From NCBI GenBank assembly GCA_016708125.1, contig JADJGF010000001.1:3465902-3529901 (forward strand): DNA of 64,000 nt, in the 5' to 3' direction. The notes beneath the pieces were generated by a model, which was not told where the DNA came from, searched no databases, and saw only the letters and a program-made list of their open reading frames with translations. Below are positions 16,714 to 27,591 of the stretch, piece by piece. Position numbers and translations under genes: made by a program. The stretch's first letter is position 1; every line of letters begins with the position of its first letter. Origin of the DNA: Ignavibacteriota bacterium. Lineage in GTDB: Bacteria > Bacteroidota > Ignavibacteria > Ignavibacteriales > Melioribacteraceae.

Positions 16714-18921
16714 TTGAGCAAAATTACCAAATCCATAATACCAATAAGTTCTATATTCTTAATTGTTGTAATCAATTTAATTTTTACAAAGTTTCCGTTA
16801 TTAAATTTGCTTGGTTACGAATCAAGCGCAGTTAACGGAATTATTTTCTATTTCATTTCTGGAATTTATCAATTCTATTTAAGTATAAATTTTGCAAATT
16901 TTTCAATTCCAAAAATTTCTAAACCAAAATATTTTTATCCAATCATAATCATTTTGCCATTAATAATTTTAATTATTTCAACAATTTTATGTCAAAAGTG
17001 TCCAATTTCTAATGGAATTTATTTCTATCTAATTTTGGCAATTCCCTCAATTCTTGTTGGAGCAGCAATTGCAGAGTTAGCAATTTATATCTCAAACAAA
17101 TTTAAGTTTATCATTTTCGCAATAATTTCTATCATTTTGCTATTAGGATTTATTCCGGAATTATATTTCAATCCCCAAATTTATTTTTTTAATCCTATTT
17201 TTGGTTATTATCCCGGTGTAATTTACGATCAAAATATTCAGATTTCCGATAAACTTATTTTGTATCGATCAATCACAATTATTGTTTCTTTAACAATTTT
17301 AATAGTTTTGAAATTTAAAGATAACTTTAATTATAAATCGCAACTATATGTAATAATTATAATTATGCTGTTATATTTAACTTCAGATTTTACAAAACCT
17401 TTTTTCAAATTTTCAACAAACTTAAGCAGAATTGAAAATGAATTACAAGGTAAATTCGAAAATGATAATCTTCTAATTTTTTTTCCAAAAAGTATAAATG
17501 ATAAAGAGAAAAAAATTCTAATTGCAGAACACTTTTATTTTTTAGAAAAAAATAATCGTTTATTAGGAATTAACTTTGACGAAAAAGTAACTTCAATAAT
17601 ATTTAAATCGGGAGCACAGAAAAAGAAACTTTTCGGATCACAATTCGCAGATGTAACAAAACCTTGGCTAAATCAATTTTATATTAATTTTGATAATTAC
17701 AAAAATAGTTTAAACCATGAATTGCTTCACGTATTTTCTAAAAAATTTGGTAAAGGATTTTTTAATCTTCCAACTAATTATAATCCCGGTTTAATTGAAG
17801 GTTTTGCAACTGCATTTGATAATAATTTTGATGAATTTGATATCGATTATTTTGCGTTTTTAGGTTATAATAATAATTATAAAATTTCTTTAGAAAATTT
17901 GTTTACAAATTTCAGCTTTTTCAGCAATGTTTCTTCGCTTTCATATATTTATGCCGGATCATTTATAAAATTTTTATCGAAAAAATATTCGACTGAAAAA
18001 GTTTTAGAATTTTATGCAAACCCGGATTTTGAATTTGTATTCAAAAAAAATATTCAAACTTTGGAAAACGAATATTTTAATTATTTGGAAAATCTAAATT
18101 TTGATGTGAATATTCACAAAGCAAATTTATATTTCGGAAGAATTCCGTTGGTTAAACAATTTTGTGCGCGAGCAATGGAAAAAGATCTGCAAAATGCTTG
18201 GGAATATTTTCATTCAAATAATTTCGAAGAATCGGAAAAATTATTTCGTGAAATTTTTAATTACTCCGATTCTTATGCTGCGCTTAATGGAATTGTACAA
18301 AACAAAATTAAATCTCAAAACTTCGCTTCGGCAATTCAACTTTTAGAAAATGAAAAACCAAATTTTCAAAAATCATCTTACTATTATAATATTGAGTATT
18401 TATTGGCATTTTTATATGGAAAAACAAAAAATATAAATTCTGCAATTGCAAATTATGATAGTTTAATTTTACAAAATGTTAGTGAATTTTATACAAATAG
18501 TTCAGTAGTTTATAAAACAATTGCGAAAAATGATTCTTCAGTTTTTAATAAATTTCTTGATGAAGAATTTTCGCGAAAGAAAATTATTAAAAGTTTTTTA
18601 AGTAAAAATGATGATAAAATTTATCAATATTATATTGATAGATATTTGTTAGAAAATATTGATACTTTGGATAATTCCGAATTAGAAAATGAAATGAGCG
18701 AAATTGAAAAATCTTTGAAAAGATTTAAACCAAGTTCCGATTTGTATTTTCTAATATCAAAGTATTTTTATAAAAATTTAAACTTTCATAAAGCAATTGA
18801 ATATTCTAACTTGGCTTTAATAAATGCAAAAAAAGAAAAAAAGGAAATATTAGAAATATTTATACATAAGATGAATTGGATGAAAAATAATATTTATATT
18901 TTAGAAAGTTATGAATTTTAG
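16714..18921 (+). CDS. Polytopic membrane protein with HExxH motif and TPR-like C-terminal region
   Basis: ~7 N-terminal TM helices, NHELLHVF (HExxH), helical repeat-like C-terminus. TTG start. Confidence 0.55.
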   Translation: MSKITKSIIPISSIFLIVVINLIFTKFPLLNLLGYESSAVNGIIFYFISGIYQFYLSINFANFSIPKISKPKYFYPIIIILPLIILIISTILCQKCPISNGIYFYLILAIPSILVGAAIAELAIYISNKFKFIIFAIISIILLLGFIPELYFNPQIYFFNPIFGYYPGVIYDQNIQISDKLILYRSITIIVSLTILIVLKFKDNFNYKSQLYVIIIIMLLYLTSDFTKPFFKFSTNLSRIENELQGKFENDNLLIFFPKSINDKEKKILIAEHFYFLEKNNRLLGINFDEKVTSIIFKSGAQKKKLFGSQFADVTKPWLNQFYINFDNYKNSLNHELLHVFSKKFGKGFFNLPTNYNPGLIEGFATAFDNNFDEFDIDYFAFLGYNNNYKISLENLFTNFSFFSNVSSLSYIYAGSFIKFLSKKYSTEKVLEFYANPDFEFVFKKNIQTLENEYFNYLENLNFDVNIHKANLYFGRIPLVKQFCARAMEKDLQNAWEYFHSNNFEESEKLFREIFNYSDSYAALNGIVQNKIKSQNFASAIQLLENEKPNFQKSSYYYNIEYLLAFLYGKTKNINSAIANYDSLILQNVSEFYTNSSVVYKTIAKNDSSVFNKFLDEEFSRKKIIKSFLSKNDDKIYQYYIDRYLLENIDTLDNSELENEMSEIEKSLKRFKPSSDLYFLISKYFYKNLNFHKAIEYSNLALINAKKEKKEILEIFIHKMNWMKNNIYILESYEF

Positions 18922-20311
18922 AGAATTTTTAAATACTAAGGATTTTTTCAAAATTATTTCCGAACTGGCTTCAGATCAAAATGTAAAAGTTTTTATTGTT
19001 GGCGGTTTTGTAAGAGATTTAATTTTAAATAGAGAAAAACATGAAATTGATTTTCTCGTTATTGGCGATGGAGTTTTATTTGCTGAAAAATTAGCGGAAA
19101 AACTTGGTGAGAAAAATGTAAATATTTTCAAAAATTTTGGAACCGCACATTTCAAATATCAAAATATTGATTTTGAATTTGTAGGAGCACGTAAAGAATC
19201 TTATAAAAAAGAAAGCAGAAATCCGCTTGTGGAAATTGGAACTTTTGAAGATGATATTAATAGAAGAGATTTTACAATAAACACTTTGGCAATTTCGCTA
19301 AATGAAGAAAATTTTGGTGAAATGATTGATAAATTTAACGGAATTGAAGATATTAAAAATAAAATTATCAAAACTCCGATTGATCCAAAAATTACGTTTG
19401 ATGATGATCCTTTAAGAATTATGCGCGCATTTCGTTTTGCGGCTCAACTAAATTTTGAAGTCGATGAAAAAATTTTAATTGCCGCAGAAGAATTATCTGA
19501 AAGATTAAAAATTGTTTCGCAAGAAAGAATTACTGATGAATTTTTTAAAATTTTGGAATCCGAAAAACCTTCAATAGGATTAAAACTTATGCAAAACACA
19601 AAAGTTATGCACGTAGTTTTTCCTCAAATTGCAAATTTAGCCGGAGTTGATCAGAGAAAAGATTTTCATCACAAAGATGTATTTCTTCATACTTGTCAAG
19701 TTGTAGATAATATTTCTAAAAATACAAATGATGTTTGGTTAAGATTTGCGGCTTTGGTTCACGATATTGCAAAACCTCAAACCAAAAAATTTATTGAAGA
19801 AATCGGTTGGACTTTCCACGGGCATGAGGAACTTGGTGCGCGAATGATGAAATCAATTTTCAAACAATTAAAACTTCCTTTACACAAACTAAATTATGTT
19901 GAAAAACTTGTGCGTTTACATTTACGACCAATTGCATTAGCATCTGAAGAAGTCACGGATTCAGCAGTAAGAAGATTAAGCGCAAATGCCGGAGAAGATT
20001 TAGATGATTTAATAACGCTTTGTCGTGCAGATATTACAAGTAAAGATCAAAACAAAGTTTCTAAATATTTGCAGAATTATGAAAACGTAATGAAGAAAGT
20101 TAGAGATGTTCAAGAGAAAGATAATCTTAGAGCTTTTCAGTCTCCGGTAACTGGAAATGAAATAATGGAAATTTGTAATCTTAAACCTTCAAAGAAAGTT
20201 GGTGAAATTAAAACTGCGATTGAAGAAGCCATTTTGGATGGAATAATTCCCAATGAATATAACGCCGCATTTCAATATTTGATGAATATAAAAGAAAATT
20301 TTCTCAAATAA
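18911..20311 (+). CDS. CCA tRNA nucleotidyltransferase / poly(A) polymerase family protein with HD domain
   Basis: GGFVRDLIL, RRDFTINTLA, DDPLRIMRAFRFA, and HD region HHKDVFLHT...VHDIAKP. Confidence 0.85.
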   Translation: MNFREFLNTKDFFKIISELASDQNVKVFIVGGFVRDLILNREKHEIDFLVIGDGVLFAEKLAEKLGEKNVNIFKNFGTAHFKYQNIDFEFVGARKESYKKESRNPLVEIGTFEDDINRRDFTINTLAISLNEENFGEMIDKFNGIEDIKNKIIKTPIDPKITFDDDPLRIMRAFRFAAQLNFEVDEKILIAAEELSERLKIVSQERITDEFFKILESEKPSIGLKLMQNTKVMHVVFPQIANLAGVDQRKDFHHKDVFLHTCQVVDNISKNTNDVWLRFAALVHDIAKPQTKKFIEEIGWTFHGHEELGARMMKSIFKQLKLPLHKLNYVEKLVRLHLRPIALASEEVTDSAVRRLSANAGEDLDDLITLCRADITSKDQNKVSKYLQNYENVMKKVRDVQEKDNLRAFQSPVTGNEIMEICNLKPSKKVGEIKTAIEEAILDGIIPNEYNAAFQYLMNIKENFLK

Positions 20312-20437
20312 TGCAACTGGTAAGAATATTAGTTGTAAAATAAAAAATAATATTTTGTAACTTTTCTGTAATGCTTTCGTCATAATAACGTATGACTAAA
20401 ATTTATAAGCTCAATTAACTAAAACTGGAGATTAAAT

Positions 20438-21781
20438 ATGAGTAGGATTTGGTTAGTGTTCATCTTTCTGATTAGCACAAATCTATTTGGTCAAAAAATT
20501 TTAACATTAGAAGAAGCTGTTAAAATTGCACTTCAAAGAAATTCAAACTTAATAAAAAGTAAAAATGCATTAGAAATTGATAAGTCAACAATTAAAAATG
20601 CTTATGGTGATTTATTGCCGGACTTGGGAGTAAGAGGAAGCTGGGGTTGGCAAAGAGTAAGTGATGCGGGCGGTATGCAAATTGATTATTTAGGTAATTC
20701 CATTAACACTCCGGAATCGAAAACTGATACAAGAAATTATAGTTTATCTGCTGGCGGAAATATTGTACTTTTTGATGGTTTGGCAAATTATGCAAGAATT
20801 TCTCAAGCTCAAGATAATTTAGAATCAGCAGAATTCAGTTTGGAAAAATTGAAACAAGACATAATTTACACAACCACAACTCTTTACTATTTAATTGTAA
20901 GTAATGAAGAATTAGTAAAAGTTAGAGAAGATAATGTAAAGTTCAATCAAAAATTACTTGAGCAAATTCAAGAGAGAAATAAACTTGGATCAATTCCAAT
21001 TGCAGATGTTTACACTCAACAAGTAAGTGTAGGAAATGCTCAACTGCTTTTAATTCAAGCTCAAAATGATTATGAAACCGCAAAAAATAATTTTCTTAAT
21101 TATTTAGCTTTGGATATTTTTGAAAATTATTCAATGGTCGATCCTTATTCAACATCAAATTTAACGGAAGAAGAATCTCTGCTTAAAGATTTTAACAATA
21201 TGGAAACGATGGTTAATGAAGCAATTGAATCCAGAGCAGATTACAAAAGTGCAAAACTTTCTTTATCTGCTGCAGAAAAAGGTGAAACAATTGCACAATC
21301 CGGATTGTTACCTTCACTTTCCGGAAATTATTCATATGGAACAAGCGCAACAAAACCGGATGCACTTTTTGATCGACAAAATTACAATGTGGGATTGACT
21401 TTAAGTCTTCCTATATTTTCAAATTGGAGTACAGAAGCAAGTATGCAAATTGCAGAAGTTAATAAATTAAATCTTCAAGAAGATTTGTTAGCATTAGAAA
21501 GAACAATAAAAATCGAAGTAAAAGAGAGTTACCTAAATTTAGTTGCTTCCAAAAAACAATTAGAAGTTACTAACACAAATATTATTGCAGCAAAAGAAAA
21601 TAGACGCGTAAATAATGAAAGATATAATTTGGGTTCCGGAACTATTTTAGACGTACTTCAATCAGATAAAGATTTAACACAAGCATTAAAAGATAATATA
21701 AGTGCTAAATTTCAATATTATCAATATAGAGATAAATTGATGAATGCACTAGGTAAATTAGAAATTGGAAAATATCTATAA
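20438..21781 (+). CDS. TolC-family outer-membrane efflux protein
   Basis: Signal peptide, LTLEEAVKIALQRN start, two-repeat coiled-coil/beta-barrel pattern. Confidence 0.85.
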   Translation: MSRIWLVFIFLISTNLFGQKILTLEEAVKIALQRNSNLIKSKNALEIDKSTIKNAYGDLLPDLGVRGSWGWQRVSDAGGMQIDYLGNSINTPESKTDTRNYSLSAGGNIVLFDGLANYARISQAQDNLESAEFSLEKLKQDIIYTTTTLYYLIVSNEELVKVREDNVKFNQKLLEQIQERNKLGSIPIADVYTQQVSVGNAQLLLIQAQNDYETAKNNFLNYLALDIFENYSMVDPYSTSNLTEEESLLKDFNNMETMVNEAIESRADYKSAKLSLSAAEKGETIAQSGLLPSLSGNYSYGTSATKPDALFDRQNYNVGLTLSLPIFSNWSTEASMQIAEVNKLNLQEDLLALERTIKIEVKESYLNLVASKKQLEVTNTNIIAAKENRRVNNERYNLGSGTILDVLQSDKDLTQALKDNISAKFQYYQYRDKLMNALGKLEIGKYL

Positions 21782-21805
21782 AATTGGTTAAAAGGAGATT
21801 TATCA

Positions 21806-23110
21806 ATGGGTAAAGTTAACAGAAAAAAGTCAAAGAAAAAGTTGTTTATTTTTGGCGGACTTGGACTTTTATTACTGGTTGTAGTATTATTAGTTTTGTT
21901 TAGCGGTGATAAAGAAACTATAGTTTCGGTACAAACTGAAAAAGTTACAAAACGAAATATTACGCAAATAGTTTCTGCAAATGGAACAATCGATCCGGTA
22001 GAGAAAGTTGAGTTAAGACCTGAAGTAACTGGAGAAATAGTAGAATTACCGGTAAAAGAAGGTGATAGAGTCAAAAAAGGTCAATTATTAATTAGACTTA
22101 AACCTGATCAGTATATTGCGCGAAGAAATGTTGCAAAAGCAAGTTTAAATTTAGCTGAAGCTTCATTAAGGGAACGCGAAGCAACATTAACAGAAGTTGA
22201 AGCAAATTATAACAGAACTAAAGAATTATACGAGAAGAAATTATCTAGTGATTCTGATTTGGAAGCTGTAAAATCTGCTTATATTGGAGCAAGATCCAGA
22301 GTTGAAGCTCAAAAAGCTTCTGTTCAGCAAGCTCAAGAAAATTATAATGATGCTGTTGTTGAACTTGACAAAACTGCAATTTATGCACCTTTGGATGGAA
22401 CAGTAAGTGCTCTTAATGTTGAAAAAAGCGAACGTGTTTTAGGAAGCTCATTTAGTCAAGGTACACATTTGATGACAGTTGCGGATTTAAATCAAATGGA
22501 AGCAATTGTTGAAGTAGATGAAAATGATGTTGTACTTATATCAATTGGCGATACAGCAACAATAGAAATTGATGCATTTGGCGAAGAGAAATTTACCGGA
22601 GTTGTAACTCAAATTGGAAATAGCGCAAAAACTTCAGCAACCGGAACACAAAATGAAGTTGTAAATTTTGATGTGGAAATTAGGTTGGTAAGTCCGAGTG
22701 AAAAAATTCGTCCTGGAATGTCTTGCGATGCGGATATTAGAACTGAAACTAGGAAAAATGTTCATTCAGTCCCAATACAAAGTGTAACTGCAAGAATGCC
22801 AAAGAATAATGCAAAAAAAGTGGAAACAACAAAACCTGAAGAAAATGGAAAGTCCGAAGAAAACAAAGAGAAAGCAAAACCAGTAGAAGTTGTATTTGTT
22901 GAAGAAGGCAATTTAGCCAAAATGGTTGAAGTAAAAACCGGAATTAGTGATGATACTTATATGGAAATTAAAAGCGGCTTGAAAGAAGGGCAAATGATTA
23001 TAAGCGGTCCATATAAAGCAATTTCTAAAGAATTAAACGATAGCACAAAAGTTAAAATTACAAATAAACGCGGTGAACAAAAACCCGAAGACGAAGAAGA
23101 AAGTAATTAA
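21806..23110 (+). CDS. Efflux periplasmic adaptor subunit (HlyD/MacA family)
   Basis: N-terminal TM anchor, lipoyl-like GEIVELPVKEGDRVKKGQLL, coiled-coil hairpin, beta-barrel and MP domains. Confidence 0.85.
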   Translation: MGKVNRKKSKKKLFIFGGLGLLLLVVVLLVLFSGDKETIVSVQTEKVTKRNITQIVSANGTIDPVEKVELRPEVTGEIVELPVKEGDRVKKGQLLIRLKPDQYIARRNVAKASLNLAEASLREREATLTEVEANYNRTKELYEKKLSSDSDLEAVKSAYIGARSRVEAQKASVQQAQENYNDAVVELDKTAIYAPLDGTVSALNVEKSERVLGSSFSQGTHLMTVADLNQMEAIVEVDENDVVLISIGDTATIEIDAFGEEKFTGVVTQIGNSAKTSATGTQNEVVNFDVEIRLVSPSEKIRPGMSCDADIRTETRKNVHSVPIQSVTARMPKNNAKKVETTKPEENGKSEENKEKAKPVEVVFVEEGNLAKMVEVKTGISDDTYMEIKSGLKEGQMIISGPYKAISKELNDSTKVKITNKRGEQKPEDEEESN

Positions 23111-23125
23111 CCAATCGGATTAATA

Positions 23126-23845
23126 ATGAACATAATTAATATTGAACATATAGCAAAAATCTATCAAGTTGGAACGGAAGAAGTTCATGCTTTAAGAGAT
23201 GTATCTTTAAGAATAGATAAAAATGAATACGTTGCAATAATGGGTCCTTCTGGTTCGGGAAAATCAACATTAATGAATATTCTTGGCTGCTTGGATACTC
23301 CAACAAAAGGACTTTATACTTTTACTGGTAAAAATGTAAGTGAAATGAATGATAATGAATTGGCTTCAATAAGAAATAAAGAAATAGGATTTGTATTTCA
23401 AACCTTTAACTTATTGGCAAGATCAAATGCATTACATAATGTTGAACTTCCATTAATTTATGCCGGAATCGGAAAAGAAGAAAGAAGAGAAAGAGCTAAA
23501 GATGCATTGCTAAAAGTTAGTTTGGAAGACCGTATGGATCATAGACCAAATGAACTTTCCGGCGGACAAAGACAGAGAGTTGCAGTTGCAAGAGCGCTTG
23601 TAACAAATCCATCAATTATTTTAGCAGATGAACCAACCGGAAATTTGGATACAAAAACCGGTGAAGATATAATGGCTCTTTTTGAAAATCTTTACAAACT
23701 TGGAAATACAATTATTCTAGTTACTCACGAAGAATATATTGCGGAACATGCGAATAGAATAATTCGACTTAGAGACGGTTTAGTTGAAAAAGATGAAATT
23801 TTAAAAAATAGAAGAGTTGCACAACCTCAACATTTAGAAGTTTAA
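23126..23845 (+). CDS. MacB/LolD-type ABC transporter ATP-binding protein
   Basis: Walker [10 protein letters not shown], signature [15 protein letters not shown], Walker [12 protein letters not shown]. Confidence 0.95.
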   Translation: MNIINIEHIAKIYQVGTEEVHALRDVSLRIDKNEYVAIMGPSGSGKSTLMNILGCLDTPTKGLYTFTGKNVSEMNDNELASIRNKEIGFVFQTFNLLARSNALHNVELPLIYAGIGKEERRERAKDALLKVSLEDRMDHRPNELSGGQRQRVAVARALVTNPSIILADEPTGNLDTKTGEDIMALFENLYKLGNTIILVTHEEYIAEHANRIIRLRDGLVEKDEILKNRRVAQPQHLEV

Positions 23846-23849
23846 TAAA

Positions 23850-25097
23850 ATGACCAATTTTTTCTTCGAATTGAAAGAAGGTTTACTTATTTCTCTAAAT
23901 GCAATTAGAGCGAATAAAATTAGGTCTATTCTAACAACTTTAGGAATTGTAATTGGAGTTACTTCTGTTGTTTTAATGTCAAATGCAATAAAGGGAATTG
24001 ACAAATCCTTTCAAGACGGAATTTCCAGTTTTATGGGAACCGACAATCTTTTCATCGATAGATGGGCTTGGTTCAGTAACCTTCCTTGGTGGGAATTAAA
24101 TAAAAGAAAGCCTCTTGAAATGAAAGATTTTGAAAGGTATAAGGAACTTGCTGAATTACCGATTGCTGTTGCACCAATGCATGATGCTTCTGAAGTAACA
24201 ATGATTAAGGAAAATAATTCGATTTCAGATGCTAGAGTTTCCGGAACAAACCAAGATTACATTTATACAACAAATTTAGAATTCGAAGAAGGAAGATTTT
24301 TTTCTGAATTAGAAAGTAATGGAGCCAGACGTGTAATTGTTCTTGGTTATGAATATGCAGATAGATTATTCCCATTTGGAAATGCTATTGATCAAAATAT
24401 TCAACTCAATGGAAAGAAATATAAAGTTGTTGGAATATTAAAGAAACAAGGAAGTTTCTTGATGGGAGCGTTTGATCCAGATAATCAATCTTTTATTCCG
24501 ATCAGCGTATTATTTAAAGATTTTCATAGCAGATTTGGCGGAAGCGGTATTACAATAATATCGCGTGCTCCCAGTAATCAAATGGTTCCAGTTGTTAGAG
24601 AAGAAGCTATAGAAGTTATGAGAAGAATTAGAGGTTTGAAATATGACGAACCTGATGATTTTTCAATAAATCAACAAGATGCATTTTTAGAAATGATAAA
24701 TCAAAGTGTTGGTGTTATTCAAATTGCCGGTTTGTTTATAACCGGTCTAGCACTTTTTGTTGGTGCAATCGGAATTATGAATATTATGTTTGTTTCCGTA
24801 AAAGAACGAACTCATGAAATAGGAATTAGAAAAGCAATTGGTGCTAAACGAAGTGTAATTTTAAGACAATTTTTAGCTGAGTCTGCAATACTGTGTTTAC
24901 TTGGCGGACTAATTGGACTTTTATTAGCTGTAATTGGAGGAAAAATTATTGAACAATTTAATTTCCCAGTTGAAATGCAAATTGATTCAATAATTCTTGC
25001 AATAGGAATTTCTTTACTTACTGGAATACTTTCGGGATTGGCTCCAGCGTGGACTGCAGCAAAAATGGATCCGGTTGATGCTTTGAGGTATGAGTAA
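23850..25097 (+). CDS. ABC transporter permease, MacB/FtsX-like (paralog A1)
   Basis: N-terminal TM, periplasmic MacB_PCD-like domain, C-terminal FtsX region ERTHEIGIRKAIGAK...MDPVDALRYE. Confidence 0.9.
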   Translation: MTNFFFELKEGLLISLNAIRANKIRSILTTLGIVIGVTSVVLMSNAIKGIDKSFQDGISSFMGTDNLFIDRWAWFSNLPWWELNKRKPLEMKDFERYKELAELPIAVAPMHDASEVTMIKENNSISDARVSGTNQDYIYTTNLEFEEGRFFSELESNGARRVIVLGYEYADRLFPFGNAIDQNIQLNGKKYKVVGILKKQGSFLMGAFDPDNQSFIPISVLFKDFHSRFGGSGITIISRAPSNQMVPVVREEAIEVMRRIRGLKYDEPDDFSINQQDAFLEMINQSVGVIQIAGLFITGLALFVGAIGIMNIMFVSVKERTHEIGIRKAIGAKRSVILRQFLAESAILCLLGGLIGLLLAVIGGKIIEQFNFPVEMQIDSIILAIGISLLTGILSGLAPAWTAAKMDPVDALRYE

Positions 25098-26323
25098 TGG
25101 AAGTATTAAAAATTGCATTACAATCTTTAAAAACAAATAAACTCAGATCATTTTTAACTGTTCTCGGAATTATTGTAGGAATATTTTCAATTATTTCGAT
25201 AAGTACAATTTTATCTATGCTCCAAAATACAATTGAGTCAAATGTTAATTCTGGTTTAAGTTCAAACATATTTAAAATTTCAAGATTGCCGGCAACAATT
25301 ATGGGTGAAGAAGAATGGAATAAGGTTAGAAAAAGAAAAGATATCACAATTGATGAATATGAAAAATTAAAAGATAAATTTGAAAACGAAGTACAAAATA
25401 TTGGAGCAGAACAATCTACCGGTGGAAAAATATTTAAATACGGAAATAAAAAAACTAATCCGGATATTGGATTTGTTGGAGCCACAATAGAATTTTTTCC
25501 CAACAATCAATTAGTCGCTGCAGAAGGAAGAAATTTTAATAATCAAGATTATCAAAGATATGGTAAGGTTATTGTGCTTGGAGATGCACTTGCAAAATTT
25601 TTATTTGAAGAAAAAAATCCTATTGGTGAAGAAATAACAGTTGATGGAAATAAACTTACGGTTATCGGAGTTTTGGAAAAAAGAGGTGATATGTTTGGAC
25701 AAAGTCGCGATAATTTTGCAGTTACTCCATTAACAACTTTTCAGAATATGTTTGGCAAAAGAGCAAGAAGTATTACAATAGCAGTAAATCTTTTTAGTAA
25801 TTCCGACTATGAAAATGTTGTGGAAAAAGCTAAAGGTTATTTTAGAACAATACGAAAAATTGATGCTGGAGACGAAGAAGATTTTTCCATAATATCCGGA
25901 GAATCTCTTTTATCTGATATTGACAATATGACAAGAGGAATCAGAATTGGAGCTTACGTAATTGCACTTATTGCGCTTTTGGCAGCCGGAGTTGGAATTA
26001 TGAATATTATGCTGGTTTCGGTTACTGAACGAACAAAAGAAATTGGAATTAGAAAAGCAATCGGTGCAAAGAAAAAAAATATTCTCGTACAATTTTTAAT
26101 AGAATCGGTTGTACTATCATTATTTGGTGGTATTATTGGAATAATAATTGGGTTGATCGTTGGAAACATTGCCGGTTCTGCGTTAAATGCTAAAGCAACA
26201 ATTCCGCTGGATTGGGTTGCAATTGGTGTATTTTTATGTATAATTGTTGGTGTTGGATTTGGTACATATCCGGCTTATAAGGCTTCAAATTTAGATCCAA
26301 TTGAAGCACTTCGTTACGAATAA
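25097..26323 (+). CDS. ABC transporter permease, MacB/FtsX-like (paralog B1)
   Basis: Same architecture. Start overlaps the A1 stop (TAATG). ERTKEIGIRKAIGAK...LDPIEALRYE. Confidence 0.9.
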   Translation: MEVLKIALQSLKTNKLRSFLTVLGIIVGIFSIISISTILSMLQNTIESNVNSGLSSNIFKISRLPATIMGEEEWNKVRKRKDITIDEYEKLKDKFENEVQNIGAEQSTGGKIFKYGNKKTNPDIGFVGATIEFFPNNQLVAAEGRNFNNQDYQRYGKVIVLGDALAKFLFEEKNPIGEEITVDGNKLTVIGVLEKRGDMFGQSRDNFAVTPLTTFQNMFGKRARSITIAVNLFSNSDYENVVEKAKGYFRTIRKIDAGDEEDFSIISGESLLSDIDNMTRGIRIGAYVIALIALLAAGVGIMNIMLVSVTERTKEIGIRKAIGAKKKNILVQFLIESVVLSLFGGIIGIIIGLIVGNIAGSALNAKATIPLDWVAIGVFLCIIVGVGFGTYPAYKASNLDPIEALRYE

Positions 26324-26346
26324 TAAATTTTACAGAAAGGTTTTTT

Positions 26347-27591
26347 ATGTCACACTTCTTATTTGAACTTAAAGAAGGATTAATAATTGCACTTAATGCA
26401 ATTAGAGCAAATAAAATTCGTAGTATTTTAACTACTCTTGGAATTGTAATTGGAGTTGCTTCCGTAGTATTAATGTCAACCGCAATTAAAGGGATAGATG
26501 AATCGTTTCAATCTAGCGCAACAAGTATTATGGGTACGGATAATATCTTTGTTGATAAATGGGCTTGGTTTGGCACAGTTCCTTGGTGGGAATTGAGGAA
26601 TAGAAGAGATATTGGCATGGATGATTTTGAAAAATTTAAAGAACAAGCCACTCTTCCATTAGCAGTTTCTCCTAGATCAATAAGAAGAGAAACAACTACA
26701 CTTAAGGATATTGTTGTTGATGGATGTTTTATTGTTGGTACAAATCAAGATTATGTAAAAACTACAGATTTAAAATTTACCGAAGGAAGATTTTTTTCTG
26801 AAATTGAAAGCAATGCCGGCAGAAGAGTTTGCATTGTAGGCGGTGAAATTGCCGATAAATTATTTCCACAAGGAAATGGAGTTAACCAAGTAATTAAAAT
26901 TGGCGGAAATAAATATCAAGTTGTTGGAATAAATGATAAACAAGGAAGCTTTTTATTTGGTGATTTTAATCCGGATAATATGATTTATATTCCCATTGGC
27001 GCAATGTTTAAAGATTTTCAAAATAGACGTTGGGGCGGCGGAATTTCAATATGCGTACGAGCTCCAAATAATCTTTCGGTTCCGGCAGTTAAAGAAGAAG
27101 CAATTAGTATAATGAGAAGAATTCGAGGATTAAAATATGATGAGCAAGATGATTTTTCTATCAACCAGCAAGACGTTCTTCTTGATATGATTAATCAGCA
27201 AGTTGGTGTAATTCAAATTGCCGGATTATTTATAACCGGACTGGCACTTTTTGTTGGAGCAATTGGAATTATGAATATTATGTTTGTTTCGGTAAAAGAA
27301 AGAACAAGAGAAATAGGAATTAGAAAAGCAATCGGCGCAAAAAAACGTACAATTCTCGGACAATTTTTAACTGAATCAGCTGCTATATGTTTAATTGGGG
27401 GATTGATTGGTTTATTTATTGCTGTACTTGGTGCAAAGATTATTGAACAATATAATTTTCCGGTTTCAGTTCAAGTTGATGCTGTTGTTATTGCAATTGG
27501 AATATCTTTGTTAACTGGTGTATTATCCGGCTTAGCACCAGCATGGACGGCTGCTAAAATGGATCCCGTAGATGCATTGAGGTATGAATAA
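26347..27591 (+). CDS. ABC transporter permease, MacB/FtsX-like (paralog A2)
   Basis: Closely matches A1 in the TM segments (FELKEGL.I.LNAIRANKIRSILTTLGIVIGV). The periplasmic domain is more diverged. Confidence 0.9.
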   Translation: MSHFLFELKEGLIIALNAIRANKIRSILTTLGIVIGVASVVLMSTAIKGIDESFQSSATSIMGTDNIFVDKWAWFGTVPWWELRNRRDIGMDDFEKFKEQATLPLAVSPRSIRRETTTLKDIVVDGCFIVGTNQDYVKTTDLKFTEGRFFSEIESNAGRRVCIVGGEIADKLFPQGNGVNQVIKIGGNKYQVVGINDKQGSFLFGDFNPDNMIYIPIGAMFKDFQNRRWGGGISICVRAPNNLSVPAVKEEAISIMRRIRGLKYDEQDDFSINQQDVLLDMINQQVGVIQIAGLFITGLALFVGAIGIMNIMFVSVKERTREIGIRKAIGAKKRTILGQFLTESAAICLIGGLIGLFIAVLGAKIIEQYNFPVSVQVDAVVIAIGISLLTGVLSGLAPAWTAAKMDPVDALRYE

